Assembly (NCBI GenBank): GCA_021432655.1
Contig: MU271204.1
Location: 49,019 to 113,018 of the forward strand
Direction: 5' to 3'
Length of the DNA: 64,000 nucleotides
DNA from: Atractiella rhizophila
Taxonomy: Eukaryota
Shown: positions 25,950 to 38,949 of the stretch, piece by piece
Layout of the letters: each line of letters begins with the position of its first letter
Position numbering within the stretch: position 1 is the stretch's first letter
Made by a program: the position numbers and the translations under genes
Notes under the pieces: model-generated
What the model was told of the DNA's origin: nothing
Databases searched by the model: none
The model's input: only the letters and a program-made list of their open reading frames with translations

Positions 25950-27620
25950 TGAAAGGGAATACATACATCCACCATCTCCACTTACGTCCCATCCCCACCT
26001 TGAGAACCACTACACCTCTTGCTCCAATGGATCGATCTTTCCCATGGTATCCTTGCAATTGATCAATTTTAACTTCTTGCTTTGCCTTTCTACAGCCTTA
26101 CTCGTGAACCGTTGGAACTGAACTAATTGGGACGCTCATGATAAACCGAGTTGACTTAGTTGTGGTTAGTATCACTGGGGAGTATCGTGTGTGCTGGTGG
26201 TCATGTTAGCCAACCGGAACTCATTCAAGAACTTGAATCTGAGTAGACTTGCGTGGTACTGCAGATATGTCCATGGCACATCAATGGAAGCTCTTCTCAA
26301 TGTTGTTGGAGGCTTTCTTGAACAGCCGATAGTGATACCGAAGCGGATCAATTTTCTTCGAAACCCAGATTCCATTGATCTTTTGTCGTAATGGATCCGC
26401 TGTGGCGTGAATAAAGATCTTGACAGGATTCTCAGCGCCACTGGATGCACTTTCTATGCCTGAAGCGGCAAGCTGAGGGTCATATCGTGCCAGAGTATCA
26501 AAATCCTACTCCCCATGCATTACCATTGCACCTGTGGATCAGAAAATGAATACCTCTTGATAGGACACAGCAACGGTCTCGTTGGAAGCATCGGCAACAT
26601 CCAGTTTGTAATATCTATCCCAAAAGTCATAGAGGGTCTTCTCCGCATCATTCATCCATTCTTCGTCCCAGTTTATCATCTTCAGATACTTCATGCGCCG
26701 CTGTGGGTGAAGCACTACCAAACCCCGTCAGTAAGAATCATGGACAAAGTGACATACGTACCAAATGTAGATGTGTGAGTGATCAGCACATTTCAGATAG
26801 TACTTGTCCAAAACCTTGTGTGCAATCTGAGCGCCAGCTTGAATGGCTCTATGCGCCGTTGGTTTGACTGTCACTTTCGTGACAGGGTCTTGGTACTCCT
26901 CATAAATGCGACAGAGGTGCATCACAATGTTGTTAAAGAGAACGACAACCTCTCCAAGGTTTGGTGTGTCCATCTTGGAAAACTCCAAAGTGATGTTCTT
27001 CGCCATCTATTTAAAAGTTAGAACAGTTATGCAAGGCTGGAGAGAGACACTTACGGAAAGAGTCAGCCACATTTCCTTCAGGATCTTCCATTCTGCTCCG
27101 GTGAGCCTGCAGACCTCCAGATTGAGTGTCGGATCGGCACAAATCTGAAGTACAGCAGGCTCCATTTTAAGTGCCCTCTCAATCGTGTCACCTTTACCAT
27201 TCCATCTTGTAGGACAGTGTCGAATCAACTTCAGGTCTGCATCTACCTCTTTCAATGGTCCATCAGGATTGAGCTCCTTTGCATTTTAGATGGTTCGGAC
27301 CAGAGCAGCCAAGATCTTGTCGCTGTCTCGAGCACGTTTGGACACAGCAGTAAGCTTCCTCATGATCAGATCAGATCAGTTTGAGTTAAAGTTGGGTTGA
27401 ACGTACCTTGGTGAGTGTAAAGCAAGCTTGCTTTGCATCCTTCTCAGGTACGTGTATAGGACGAGGCCCATGGGTCTCCTTCTGAGCAATCTCTTTTCCG
27501 CTTTCTTCTACCACACTATCTTCAAATGCAAACTTCTCCCGCTCTGGGAATATGTCATGATTGCACCATATCAATGAGTAGAAGGGACTTACCTTCACCT
27601 TCCAGTGCCTCCGCAACATC
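25950..27620 (-). mobile_element. hAT transposase remnant (C-terminal half)
   Basis: CPTRWNG...IERAL, LTGAEWKIL, KVLDKYY, VLHPQRRMKY. Confidence 0.8.
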
Positions 27621-27639
27621 ATCTGCAAGCTCCTGCTCC

Positions 27640-29005
27640 AACTCTCTGTCCATCCATTTTCGGAGAGGGCAATGCTAAGATCAGTCATATAAGTAAAAGA
27701 AGAGGTTTTCAGATTGAAAAGGACAGACAAGATCTCTTTTCTTTGATCATCCAATAGCCCACTCAACCAACTCTTCTGGAATCGTTTTCCTGAGAAGATA
27801 AAAAGAGGTGGGAGAGAGCTGCCATTTGCAGTAACACATTCGATAAGGGTTACCAGTTCAAGCCTGTCTGACTTTGCCCGATAAATGGCTCTTCTCTCAG
27901 CAGGCCCAATTATGTGACGGACTCCTATCTTCCGCCCGCCTCCCAGCTCTAAACCCTTCTCATCCATATTTGCCACATCATCCCATAAAATTCCGTATTT
28001 TCTCATAGCCCCCTCGAGAAGATCAAAATAGGAGTGGACATTTGTCCGATTGAAAGCTTTTGCACGCTTGGGATCCAAAGGATTTGCTTTGAAACTCCAA
28101 ATCTCTGTTCCATGTCGCTTCATGAAACGATAATACCAGCCTTTTCCTGGCGGCCTCCCCACAATCTTCTTCACAACCAGGTATAAACCCCTCCTATGAA
28201 GAGGAAGCCCTGAATCTCCGACCCACCGAATCCAGCTCACCAGTCCTGCTTCCTTTCCTTTACTCAACAAGCGCTGATGTTGATGATTTTCTACCCGGTT
28301 TAACCCTCCAAGACACCAGTACCTAAGAGTACCATAATTCATGAAGGTAAAACCTCCATTTCCATTTGGATAGGAATACCGTGAAGCAAGTTCTCTATAG
28401 GAAATGGTGCACTGTGGGTCCTTGGTTCTCTTGGCCTCTTCTTGGAGCTTCCAATAAATCTCCACTGCTTCCACGAAGTCCTTCTCCCTTTTAGCCAACA
28501 CCTCTTTTTTACTAAAGGTCCTTCTTCTTATTTGGTGGCATTCGGAGGAGGCTGGAGCTGTGGGGACACGTTGGAAGTTGCGTTGGTAAGGACGTGTCGA
28601 CTCAAGCATGTGACCAGAAAAGTGTGTGGAATTGCTGACTTGAACCGGATTTTGCGCAACATGCTAACAAGGGAGCGCCAGACTTTAACAAGTGGTCTCT
28701 CATGAAGTTGTAGGCTGATCTGAGCAAAACTTAGACAGTGGAATAACTAGATGTCTTTTCTTGTTTATTCCCAAAAAAAATCACAGTAATCAGATATCCT
28801 TACTAAGAAATGCATAATTCATTATTGCTATATTTTCGAAGATATCTCAAAGGGAGTTCCACCAAGTTTGTTGCTGAATAGAGAGGAAATATGCACACAT
28901 GCAAGGAGATTCTGAATCCAAATTTTCTAAGGGATCAGATTTGATTTGGGCGACTTTATTATATGGTGTTAAAGATCTGGGTATGTTAAGGTTCTGGGTA
29001 ACACA
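27640..29005 (-). mobile_element. Tc1/mariner pogo/Fot1-like transposon, 5' half with TIR, inserted at TA
   Basis: CENP-B-type HTH (PGKGWYYRFMKRH), NMDEKG, IECVTANGSSLPPLFIFSGK, SENGWT; terminus at 29005 with two 17-bp direct repeats, followed by TA. Confidence 0.88.
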
Positions 29006-29007
29006 TA

Positions 29008-29760
29008 GTAGTTTCTGAGTCTCCTCTTTGATGAGGTTGCACTCAGGGATGGAACCCTCTTCGAGCAGGTTGTCTAAAGGGGAGGTCGCCTCTAGCTCAT
29101 TCGGTGTTTTCCAGGTTAGGGTTAGCTGTAGAGGATCATTAATAGTGTTCTGCGCAGGATGGGGTGTGGTTTGGTGAGAGACGGAATGGGTGATGAGGGA
29201 AGGGAGGTGCTTAGTGGTTTGTCCTCCATGAAGCTTTGCCAGGTGGCTTGCCATGCTCTCCAGCATCTTTGATCCTAGCGTAGCAGGGTTAACTGCTTGT
29301 GAGAGGCGTGCCATCGCCTCTTTCAGGTCTGCCACTTGGTCGTGTAGGGTTTCAACACCCCTCCTGACCTTAAACAGCCCTATTGAAGGTGGTGGTGTAG
29401 ACCCCCTCACCCCTCAGGAGCTTAGCAGAGAGCCTGGTGTGATACCACACTGTCTAAGAAGTCGATTTCCTCATTTTTGAAAGTCATTGAGTATTGGTTT
29501 CTCTTTAGCCTGCGATGATCGTTAAGGAAGTCCTTTATGAGCTGGACTAGCTTAAGTGGATCATCGTGGTCAGGGACATCCAGTGCCTTAAGAAACCTTT
29601 TCGCTTTTGGAGTCTCGGCAGCAAGGGGAACATTGCGGCCATAGCCATTGAGCTCTACGAGTGGTCCCAAGTCAGACAGATGGTCAACACGCTCAAATGC
29701 GGCAACACCTTCCTATTCTGGAAGCGACTACTGCCTAATTTGGAAGTCCCATCGACCACT
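29008..29760 (-). mobile_element. Second LINE ORF1 fragment of the same family
   Basis: VETL...LSQAVNPATLG...ESMASHL...LQLTLTWK...LLEEG.IPEC.LIKEE.QKL shared with 23180-23706. Confidence 0.85.
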
Positions 29761-29891
29761 TGATACCTCACAACTCCACCTGTCTCTCTACGCCTCTCCT
29801 GTCAGCTCCAAGCATGTACAATCGACCGGGAGAAGAGGGAAAGATAACTGCATGGTATCTTAACCTTATCCAGAAGCTGGAAGGCAAGATC

Positions 29892-30370
29892 TGTCGATTC
29901 CCTGGTGAGACTCGTTTGATTCCCTTCAGCTTCAGCTTCCTCTTCGTTCCATGCTGTCTGATCATTCCATATTTCTATCTACTCATGTATTATGGGTTTC
30001 CTGCGATGTTGTTTGATCTTTTATCTATTCATTGGCCTATAAAAGAGGCTTCACTTGTTAATGTAAAATTCATCTTATTCATCATCATCTTACTTCGCCT
30101 CACAGCAGAAAGCACGGTAAGAATCGAGGTAAGTTCCCCGGGCCATAGAAGCGCCGCTATAAGATCCATTCTTCGTTCTGAGACCAGATAGCTTGATAAG
30201 CAGCCCGACACTTCAGTGTGGCTAGCATAAGCTGGTTCTTGTCTCTCCTTTTCATTTAAGCTCATTTATTGATCGAGCCTCTCAGTTCTCGCTCTAGTCG
30301 AGCTAAAGGAACTCGCTTTTGCAGTAGAGTCTCACACTTGTCATAGCTACCAGCAATCTTCTCCGCGACA
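29892..30370. repeat. Possible solo-LTR-like sequence
   Basis: TGTCG...CGACA ends and an internal TATAAAAG, but no TSD. Confidence 0.25.
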
Positions 30371-30399
30371 AGCGTCATCGAAGAATAAGAGGGAGAACC

Positions 30400-30901
30400 C
30401 GCCTTCAAAGCTTGGTCGTAGCTGGAGGGACTCTTGTCTGCAACTGTTGTGATAGCTTCATACCCCTTGTTGGCAGTAGGGATGGAATTATAGCTGGGGT
30501 TGTGAGAGTAGGACGGAGCCGTGGAAGCTTTATCGGCCAGCTTTATCCCTCGCTCGCAGCATTCGCCGCCTTGTATCCATCGGTCGCAGCTTCAGTCGCA
30601 AGCTTGTAATCGCTTGAACGAAGCAAGGCGTAGCTAGGGTCCTTGGCACAGGATGGAGCTTTTGAAACTTCACTGGCAACCTTGTAGCGTTCGCAGGCAG
30701 CTTCAGTCGCCACCTTGTAATCACTCGAGGGGACTGCAGCATAGCTGGGATTTTGAGCATAGCATGGAACCTTCGACACGTCATCCGCGCCTTGTATCCC
30801 TCGGTGGTGGCCTGAGTCGTAGATTTGTACTCGCTGAAGGGGACGGAGGCGTAGCCGGAGTTATTAGCGTACGATGAAGTATTCGAGGCGTTATCGGCCA
30901 A
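30400..30901 (-). pseudogene. Protein with three 37-aa tandem repeats, frameshifted
   Basis: Unit YA....S(D/E)YK..T.A....YK with ~111-nt periodicity (30604, 30715, 30825). Confidence 0.5.
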
Positions 30902-30949
30902 GTTGTACCTTTCATTCTGAAGCGGGAGAGAGGAATAGGTCTTGCTTTG

Positions 30950-31890
30950 AACAATCTTTTCGTAAGTCGGCCGTTCAGTCGCCGCGTATGTGCTCTGGTA
31001 CTTGGTTTGAACTCATCGCCTGTTCGATTATCGACTTTCCCTTGAATGACAGGTTTGATCATGTCAATGGCAGGTTGGTAACTCTGAGGCGAGCATCAGA
31101 GGTCCGTCCCAGACGCAGGATTTAGCATACCTCGGCTGCCGTGACGCGTACATCCTGGTGCTTGATCTGGACATATACACCAAGAACGACGATGAGGCAT
31201 CGGGCGAAAGCAGTGGAGACCTAACCATCAGGCTTAGATCCCAATAAATAGACAGGACTAATGCAAATCTTGCCTTCTTGTCGCGATATTTGGCAGCCTG
31301 TTCTTCGGTACAATTCTTCCTAATAGAGGCTGCTATTGTAGTAGTCGCACTCAAACCTCCTCTCAACGCCTGTGACGTGACAGCAATGGGAACTTGTACA
31401 GTTTGGCCGCAGGTAATATTAATGGGAGATAAAAAAAATGAGTACACACCATGTGGACACCGGAGGAAAACAGGAGATCTAATAAACATGTTATTATACC
31501 ACAACAAGGTAGATGTCGAAGGAAACGTACCAATGAAACAGGCAGCCTCCACCACACGATAGTTTGGCCTAGCTTTTTGATCGCTGTCGTACCTATAATA
31601 GAATATCAGCCTCTCAGCCCTTATGCAAAGCGTGACGTACGAAAAGTCGCTAGTAGATCTTAAAGGCTCGCTCGTGATTCGAGTAGCTGTGCCCAAAAGT
31701 TCCAGAATGAGGTTGCGTTCAAGAAGATACGAAAGGAAGTTGCCAGTACTGAAGAATATTACACCGCAGTCCTTAAAGAGGCTCCTCAAGTCCTACGGAG
31801 ACCTTTCCTTGCAGAGGGATGAACCAGACCCATCCCGTTCCATCCGCCAGGATTGGAAGTAAGGTGCATTCTCACGATCAGTCCCTACGA
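30950..31890 (-). pseudogene. Flavin-dependent halogenase (RadH/Rdc2/ArmH-like), C-terminal half
   Basis: ENAPYF...ADGTGWVWFIPL (WxWxIP), STSDFSY, PNYRVV..ACFI, DLLFSSGVHM, GGLSATTTIAASIR, IKPVIQG. Confidence 0.85.
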
Positions 31891-32499
31891 CTCCTTAGCA
31901 TCACATCAGCGTCGCACTTGACAGCCACTGCGCTCACTTCGTTATCAAATGCACCAAAGGCTTTCGATATGCTGGGACTATGTCCCTTGGAACTAGCCCA
32001 AGTTTCAGTAATCGCTTTCAGCTGGCTTCAGTCGCTTCCATTATCAATATGTCTTACGAATAAGGGGAAATACAGACTGATTCGCACTTCCTTTATCCCT
32101 ATTGTCTATTGTCACTAGCAATCACCTCACCAGGCGGGAGCGATGAATTTTGGGAACCGTTCCTACGCAGTGCAAGCATTAATTCCTATTAGTCCACCAT
32201 TGTTGGCATGAGGTAGTGAAGGGTGGTAAGTTTTATTGAGCCAATTGCAAAGATGTTCGAACGATGCTACAACACGAGATAGTCTGCAATGCCCCTGACA
32301 GACTTAAACACAAAAATGCACCAATTCATGATTTCTTTACAACACCTTCATCTGATAAACGCTACTCTCTCTCGCCTTCTGCCGCCACGTCCTCTACGGC
32401 TTCAAGTCTAATTCCCCATCACGACCCTGGAACAACATTCACGGTTAACAAGCAGACGGACCTCTTTTCCACATTTATCTCAGTCTCGACATCAACTAT

Positions 32500-33400
32500 C
32501 ACACCGGCATAACTGGCTTGTAAACCTCCTTCCATTCGCCTTCCTACACTCTGAAGATGGACGTCTGGTACCGCAGAAACATCACCATTCCGAAAACTTT
32601 GGAACGATATTGCTGCGTCCAGAGGAGGCACTGGGGCCGGTGTTTTGGCCATGACTTCCTGGAGCAGCAGATCGAAGGTGCAGCACAATGCGAGAAGCCA
32701 TCATAGTGGTGAATGTTAGGGCAAGCGGTCCGTTCAAAGCCGGATTGGGTACCCGTCAGTTCAAAGAGAGATCTGTTTGGAAACATGGGGACATGAATAC
32801 AAACCTGAAGTAGATCACGTTGACCAGGTTGCAGAGGGACACGACCGTGAAGTAGAGAACGCCATCACGCATGAAGGTCAACAGGAAATTCGAAAGTGGT
32901 GCGTGCCGCATGTGAGCGACCAATGGCCATCAATAAGTCAGCACCCAGTCAGGTGATGGTTCAGACGCGACGGACCCAAGCATGAATATCGTTGCGGTCG
33001 CATCATAAAGGAGAAGCGGAAGCCTCGCACTCCTCTCAGCGATCTGATTCAGAGTGTTAAGGAGACACAAACCAATAAAGCCATATGTATCTTAACAACA
33101 GTGTCAGTCTCTTCGTGCTTGGTGAAAAAATCACTTTTCACCTGGTCGGATAGAGTAGCATCCTCTCAACCCAGGCAGTCTATGGTCACGTTAGCATGTA
33201 TCTCCTACATCTCCCGCAGTCAGAAGACCTACAAAGGTACGGGCTTGATCCCAGAAAACGACCAGACTGTGCCAACTATGGCAAAGACTCCCAAGAAGTA
33301 AGCAACCCATTGACGACGGTTCCACATTACCCAGACTCTTGCGCCTAGGAGGAACTCGCAGCTCACTGGGTCCATATCATATATCAATCAATTCACCAAC
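32500..33400 (-). pseudogene. Basidiomycete multi-pass membrane protein (DUF6533-type), degenerate
   Basis: FMRDGVLYFTVVSLCNLVNVIYF motif and hydrophobic segments. Confidence 0.5.
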
Positions 33401-34704
33401 CATTGAGGTTTGGAGGGGCGGCGTACGAAAGAGAAGTGTGGTTGCGACAGGTTCGAGGAAATGAACCTTCTCGCATGTTTTGGGGTGAACTCGAGCCAGA
33501 AAAAAACCATTGCCAGGACAAAGTCCAAGAGACCCCAGCAACGTCATAGTTCTAATAAGTCTTGCGGCGGCGAACGGAAATTAGGGAAGAGAGTGGCACC
33601 GATTGAAGAAGAATGAGACGCGGACTGGCGTCCACCGTTCCCCCTTCCACATCGCCTTGTATTCGGCTGGAAAGGTAAGGATGAAGTCCCAACAGTAGAG
33701 CGCAAAGCAAGCTGTACTCCAGGCTTACATACAGAAGTGAGGAGAAAGCGAACCGGTGAGATAGGTACGACTGCCAGAAAGAATTTTTTCCACAGCCTCG
33801 CGTTGGATAGCGAGATCAAGCTACTCTTCCAAGGTAAGACTCGAAGGAGCGGAGGACATAGCAGTCAGTTTGTCCCAGGAGGGTTCAGACGAAGGCGAAG
33901 TGAGCTGGTAGGCTGACGACCTCCTTTTGAGACTCATTCGCATATAACTGATCTGGAAGTCGTTCCTGCCTGAGCGAAACCCTTCAGTTTTTACACTTTT
34001 CCATGAGGAGTGGCGATTGAGGGACCCACATTGCTCAAATGAGCCTCAATGGCGGTCAACTCAAAGAGGAGAGATGGAGACATAGAATGATATCGGAGTG
34101 CTCTGTAGCCGTAATTGGACCAGACCTTTGCTTCTGCTCCATCAGAAGTGTGCAAGACCAACGTCGATTTCAACTCGTTTCAGTTGAAATTTCATTCTCG
34201 TCTTCAGTTAGCGACAAATTCGCTCTGGAACAATCCCTCACAGTTCACTACACAGGAATCATCACTGTTGCTTTGCTCTTTTGGTGATAACCGTTATTAG
34301 AGACCTTGGAACAATAATGAATCTAGTGCGGAATCAAAATTGCGAAGAACTGTCGGAGATTCCGGAGAGGTTGGGTTGTTCTCACAGTTTTGTACCATCA
34401 TCTGGTCGGGTCCGTCCTTATTGAGGAGAGGACAACACCTGGGAAAAGATGGACGTGTCTGGGCCTTCGCTCCTGTGCTGTCAGTGCAGTTGAGATTGCC
34501 GTTCTTCTCCCCTGCAGATCGGACCGTTCGTTGAAATTTGGGCTGAGTTTCGATGAGAGCCCGAACAAATGGCAAAACGTATCAGAAGCCAAAGTGCCAT
34601 GTTTATCATAAACTCAACGTTGAACGTTGAACGGGCTAGATCTCTTACGAAGCGGCGCTGCGTTTGATCTTCTCGCTCAGACTTTCATATAAAACGATGA
34701 CCCA

Positions 34705-36130
34705 ATGAACTTCGCTTCCACTCTTGCCCCTTGGACTCGGCCCCAGTTTCTTCTTGCAATCTGCTCTGTCACAACAATGTCGGGTGTTATTGTCCCTGCA
34801 ATGAGGTTTGCGAAGACGGTTTATTATCTGACACGTTCTGGTAGGCAAATTTCCGTAATTTGCCACAAAGCGGTGCCTAATCCAAGATGGTGCGCGCACA
34901 GACGTCAAAACTGTCATGGTACGTTTTACCTCCCTGTTTTGGCACAAGATTGCTAACCTCATACACAGCTTCCAATTGTACGCTCCTCCTGGCAATGGTG
35001 ACAAGTGGGACTCTCAGTTTTCGTAGCTCATCTTCTCCCAATCTGTCGTCGCCTGGCATTCGACACCTCGCTTTATAGCCACCACTCTCTGGCTCTACAT
35101 GGTGTTGATTGAGTTTTGCCTTTCAAACCAAAGCTCAGGTTCGCTCATTGCCTTCTGCGCCAGAGCAGGCGCACTGATTTTGGGAGCAGGTGATTCGCCA
35201 GTGGAAGATGCTCACAATAAACCATATCGTCCTATCCCCTCCGGTCTCATGTCCGTAGAAACTGCTCGTAGGCTCCGGTACATCATACCGTTCGTTAATG
35301 CCGTCCTCAGCTATAACCTCGGGTACGTAGTTCCCTAACGTCCTCAGAGCACAAAGGAGTTGATCCGGTGGTCCCAAGAGGTCGACTCGCTGTTCTTGCA
35401 TCCGTGACGTTGACTCTGATAGACACACTGCACAATGACCTAGGTCTTGCCCGCCAATGGTGGGGTAAATCGTTGCTGGCTGCAAGCTGCTACCCAATGG
35501 GTGAGACTCTTTACGCAACAAGGAGATTTGGCTAACATTGTGCATGTATTAGGAGAGCTAGGCACAATAGCAGTTGCTCGTAAGTTGCCAATTCTTTGTT
35601 CAGAATGTTGATTGCGACACATGGATAGGAGGTGGCTCTACTGTTAACCTGCATCAGTTGATTGCAGTAGCAGTCTCAGGTCCGTTCTTAGATCATTGAC
35701 AGCGATTTCCTGACTAAAGAAATACAGCGATTGTAAACATCACCACCATTCACGCCCAAGATACCCCTGATGTTATCGGAGATGCTGAAGCTGGCAGGAA
35801 AACGCTTCCTATACTGTATCCAACAATTTCTCGAGCAAGCATACCACTGGTTTTGTTCGCCTCAACTCTAGGCGTGATGCAGATATCGGATGCACATCCT
35901 GCGTTCGTATGGCTCATGGTCATTTTCTGTCTCATCACCAGCTTGAGATACATTCTGGTACGCCAGCCAGAAAAAGAGATGCCTTCATTCGTACTCTATG
36001 CCGTAAGTTTAAATTCCTCTTAAGACTAAGCTGAATTTGTTGAGAACAGGTTTGGTTGAGCTTACTGCATTGCAGTCTGAGCTCGCTCAAGGACGACATT
36101 CTGTCAAACGGCTTGACCATGCGGACAGAC
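34705..36130 (+). pseudogene. UbiA-family prenyltransferase / UbiA-type terpene cyclase, spliced; TAG at 35076-35078 appears in frame
   Basis: FCLSNQ...EDAHNKPYRPIPSG and TTIHAQDTPDVIGDAEAGRKTLPI motifs. Confidence 0.85.
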
Positions 36131-36767
36131 CTGCTCCAGTTTTAATTGTTCAGCGAGCTTTAAGCATGTGCCATTAGACATCGTCTTGCAGTTCAATACA
36201 CCCTCAACTTTGCCCGGATGAGTTAGATGTCTTATTATTTCTTGGTTTACACATCAGTCGGTAGAATGTGTGTTTCTGTCCTCAACTTCACCTGCTTCGT
36301 ATCATCAATGTTGTTCTTTTACGGATCGAAGCAGTTCTTCATCTGGCAAGTTTCTCAAAAGCATTATTCACTTTTCCACGAAGAATAATGAACTCAAACA
36401 TGTCTACCATCGCGGACAGAGGAACGGAGGAATGAGGAAACGTTTCAATGGCAATCATCATATACTCTATACAGCATGTGTCTCTGAATCACACTAAAAT
36501 CAGATTCGAAAAACGGTCCAGCCTGTGATAATGGCTGACGTGAATCTGGACTGAGAATGCACTGACATTTGAATTGTCTGACAAGACATTGACAAAACCT
36601 TCCCATACGATAACACCCCGAAGCATGCTACCAGCAGGGTGCTGATGAAATTTACAAGTTCATGGTATTATGATAAAGAATCTAGTGCTTTTATACCTTT
36701 ACAGTAAGCGGCAAACATTGGTAAGCATGGAAGTCCAGAAAGTTCAAGAAAAACAGCCACAGAACTG

Positions 36768-38730
36768 GTGGCAATGAATGACGCTCAACGCGCCAAAATC
36801 CTCACAGGTGCTAGATATACTTTTCATTACGCTAAAAGCTTGCACGTTATCCCCATCCGTATTCATGCCAACTCATTTAGGGCTCTCGTGCGTCCGCTCG
36901 GCTCAGCTTTCGTGAGGGAATATTGTTTTACAGTCTTCCCTCGCAACTAAGTATGTGCAGGATCATCATCAAACATTGTCACATTGATGGAGCCGAATGG
37001 GCGAAGGAGGTGAAGCATTCTGCTGAGGTTGCAGCTCCATCTCTTCAGCCCTTATAAGCAACGAAATCGACCTACCCCTTTTTCTAGACCATTAGTTGGA
37101 GAGTGAGATTGGTATGCTTTCCCTGACCTAGCTTGTCGTTAAACTGAGTAACAAACAGGTGTTTATGATGTCTGCATTTCCAAATTGAAGCCGAGCGCAA
37201 CTGACCAACATACAGTACACCATATCACATTGGGGTCGTAAGTTTTGGTTTCTCTTACACTGCTGGAATTGACATATCTTCAGAGGACGCATACCTCGCG
37301 ACGCAAGTGTGTTTATTCCTCTTGAATGGGTCACACTGTTGCTGATCGTGTATCCAGCATTGGCCCATCTCAAGTTCGTTCTCCACTCTTGCGCATTATG
37401 CATTTGATTTGGCTGGCGCCAGCCTACCTCATTTCCACCGCTGTCACTTCCCTGATCGTCCAGACTTACCTGTGCCATAGATACTGGCAATTAAGCTCGA
37501 ACAACTTTGTATCCATCGTTTTCGCTCTACTAACCCTAGTCTCCGTATGTATGTCCTCGAGCAATTTATGGGATACTGACATTGTTCACAGTTCGGAGGA
37601 AATATCGGTCTGTGGCGATTTTTTAAGAGAGCAATATGTCTGATACCTACTCTAGCCATCTGCGTTGTCGTTGTCCGATATACGTCTTACTTGGACAGGA
37701 ATAAAATTATTCCTCAGGTCATGTCCGTCGTCCTTTGCCAGAGCATTTGAGGGAAATGGCTTATCCTCTTCTGCCAGAGTTTGGCTTTGCATGAAGGCAG
37801 CCACAGGTCAGCAATCCGCTCACTGAGGGCAACAATACATTCTAAGCTCACTTTGGAACTAGACATTTCTGTCAGAGTTTGGCACCGTTTTAAGCTGCAT
37901 TCATGCCACTGTCATTTGTGGCTCTAGTTTTCTTTCCCCTTTGCCGTTTCTCACATATTGCCGAGTTCCTCAAGGTATAAAAAGCCCATTATAACTTCAT
38001 TGTAATGCATTCCTTTAGACCCTTGGAACCAACAATTTCCATTTGCGGCGCATTGATCTGGTACCTCATCCAAAGTAAAAGACGGGTCATTTCTGAGGAT
38101 TGACAATCGCTAATGGTGCAGTTAATTCGGCACGCTATTGAAACAGGTATGTCTACTCACAGTGCATCTAACTAAGGCTAACGTCTACCAGGTTTTGTTA
38201 CATCTCTTGCCTGTTCGTTTTGTATGCTCTTTTGCAAGCAAGCCCTAATTTTGTTCTGCCACTACAGCATTGGCAGCTTTCAGTAAGTGAGCCCTCATTT
38301 TGCACAAAAATGACTTATACTTGATCACAGTTCTCTTTGTACGCAATAACAACACCAATGCGTCCACTGCTGTAGGACAATCTCTGGGACGGCTTTGTAA
38401 GACGGCCCCCTCCCTCTAACGGTTGTCTAACCCACTGCTTTAGATGCCTCCTCTTTAATCTCTTGTACCGGAAGCTGATCTTGGTGGACGGCCCATTTCA
38501 CCGGTCTTCCCCTTCGACGACGAACAAGGATGACAGCAAAGTGGTTATCCATAAGAATGTCCATGTGTCCACTCTTCTGGTATGCTTTTCTTATTCACGC
38601 TCACTACGAGCAGAAGGGTACTGAAACATTTCACATACAGGCAGGGGCTACGTCGTACTCGGTCGATCTGCACAAGAAAGGGCAACCTGATGATTATCTA
38701 GATGATAAGCGCGTGCAAGTCATTGCATAA
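36768..38730 (+). pseudogene. Basidiomycete multi-pass membrane protein (DUF6534-type), disrupted by a solo LTR
   Basis: IVQTYLCHRYWQLSSN; DISICGALIWYL restored on removing the LTR; LIRHAIET. Confidence 0.6.
37870..38034 (+). mobile_element. Solo LTR of the Gag-only family, TSD ATTTC
   Basis: Matches LTR 23012-23176; ATTTC on both sides. Confidence 0.95.
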
Positions 38731-38949
38731 CCGTTGTTTGTACTCTCTATGCGAATTCACACTCATTTGTCTAGAGTGTCCTGAGACGATCATCACTCAT
38801 TGGAGATGGTCCATACTGTGCAAAGAGCATCTTCGAGAGAGGACCAAGGCTCGAAGGGTCTATCTTTTTTACTTATTATCACGGTTGAAAGCAGATCTTA
38901 ATTTTTGCTGAGTCCAGCGGTTTGCTTCTTATGATGAATGAATCCTTGG

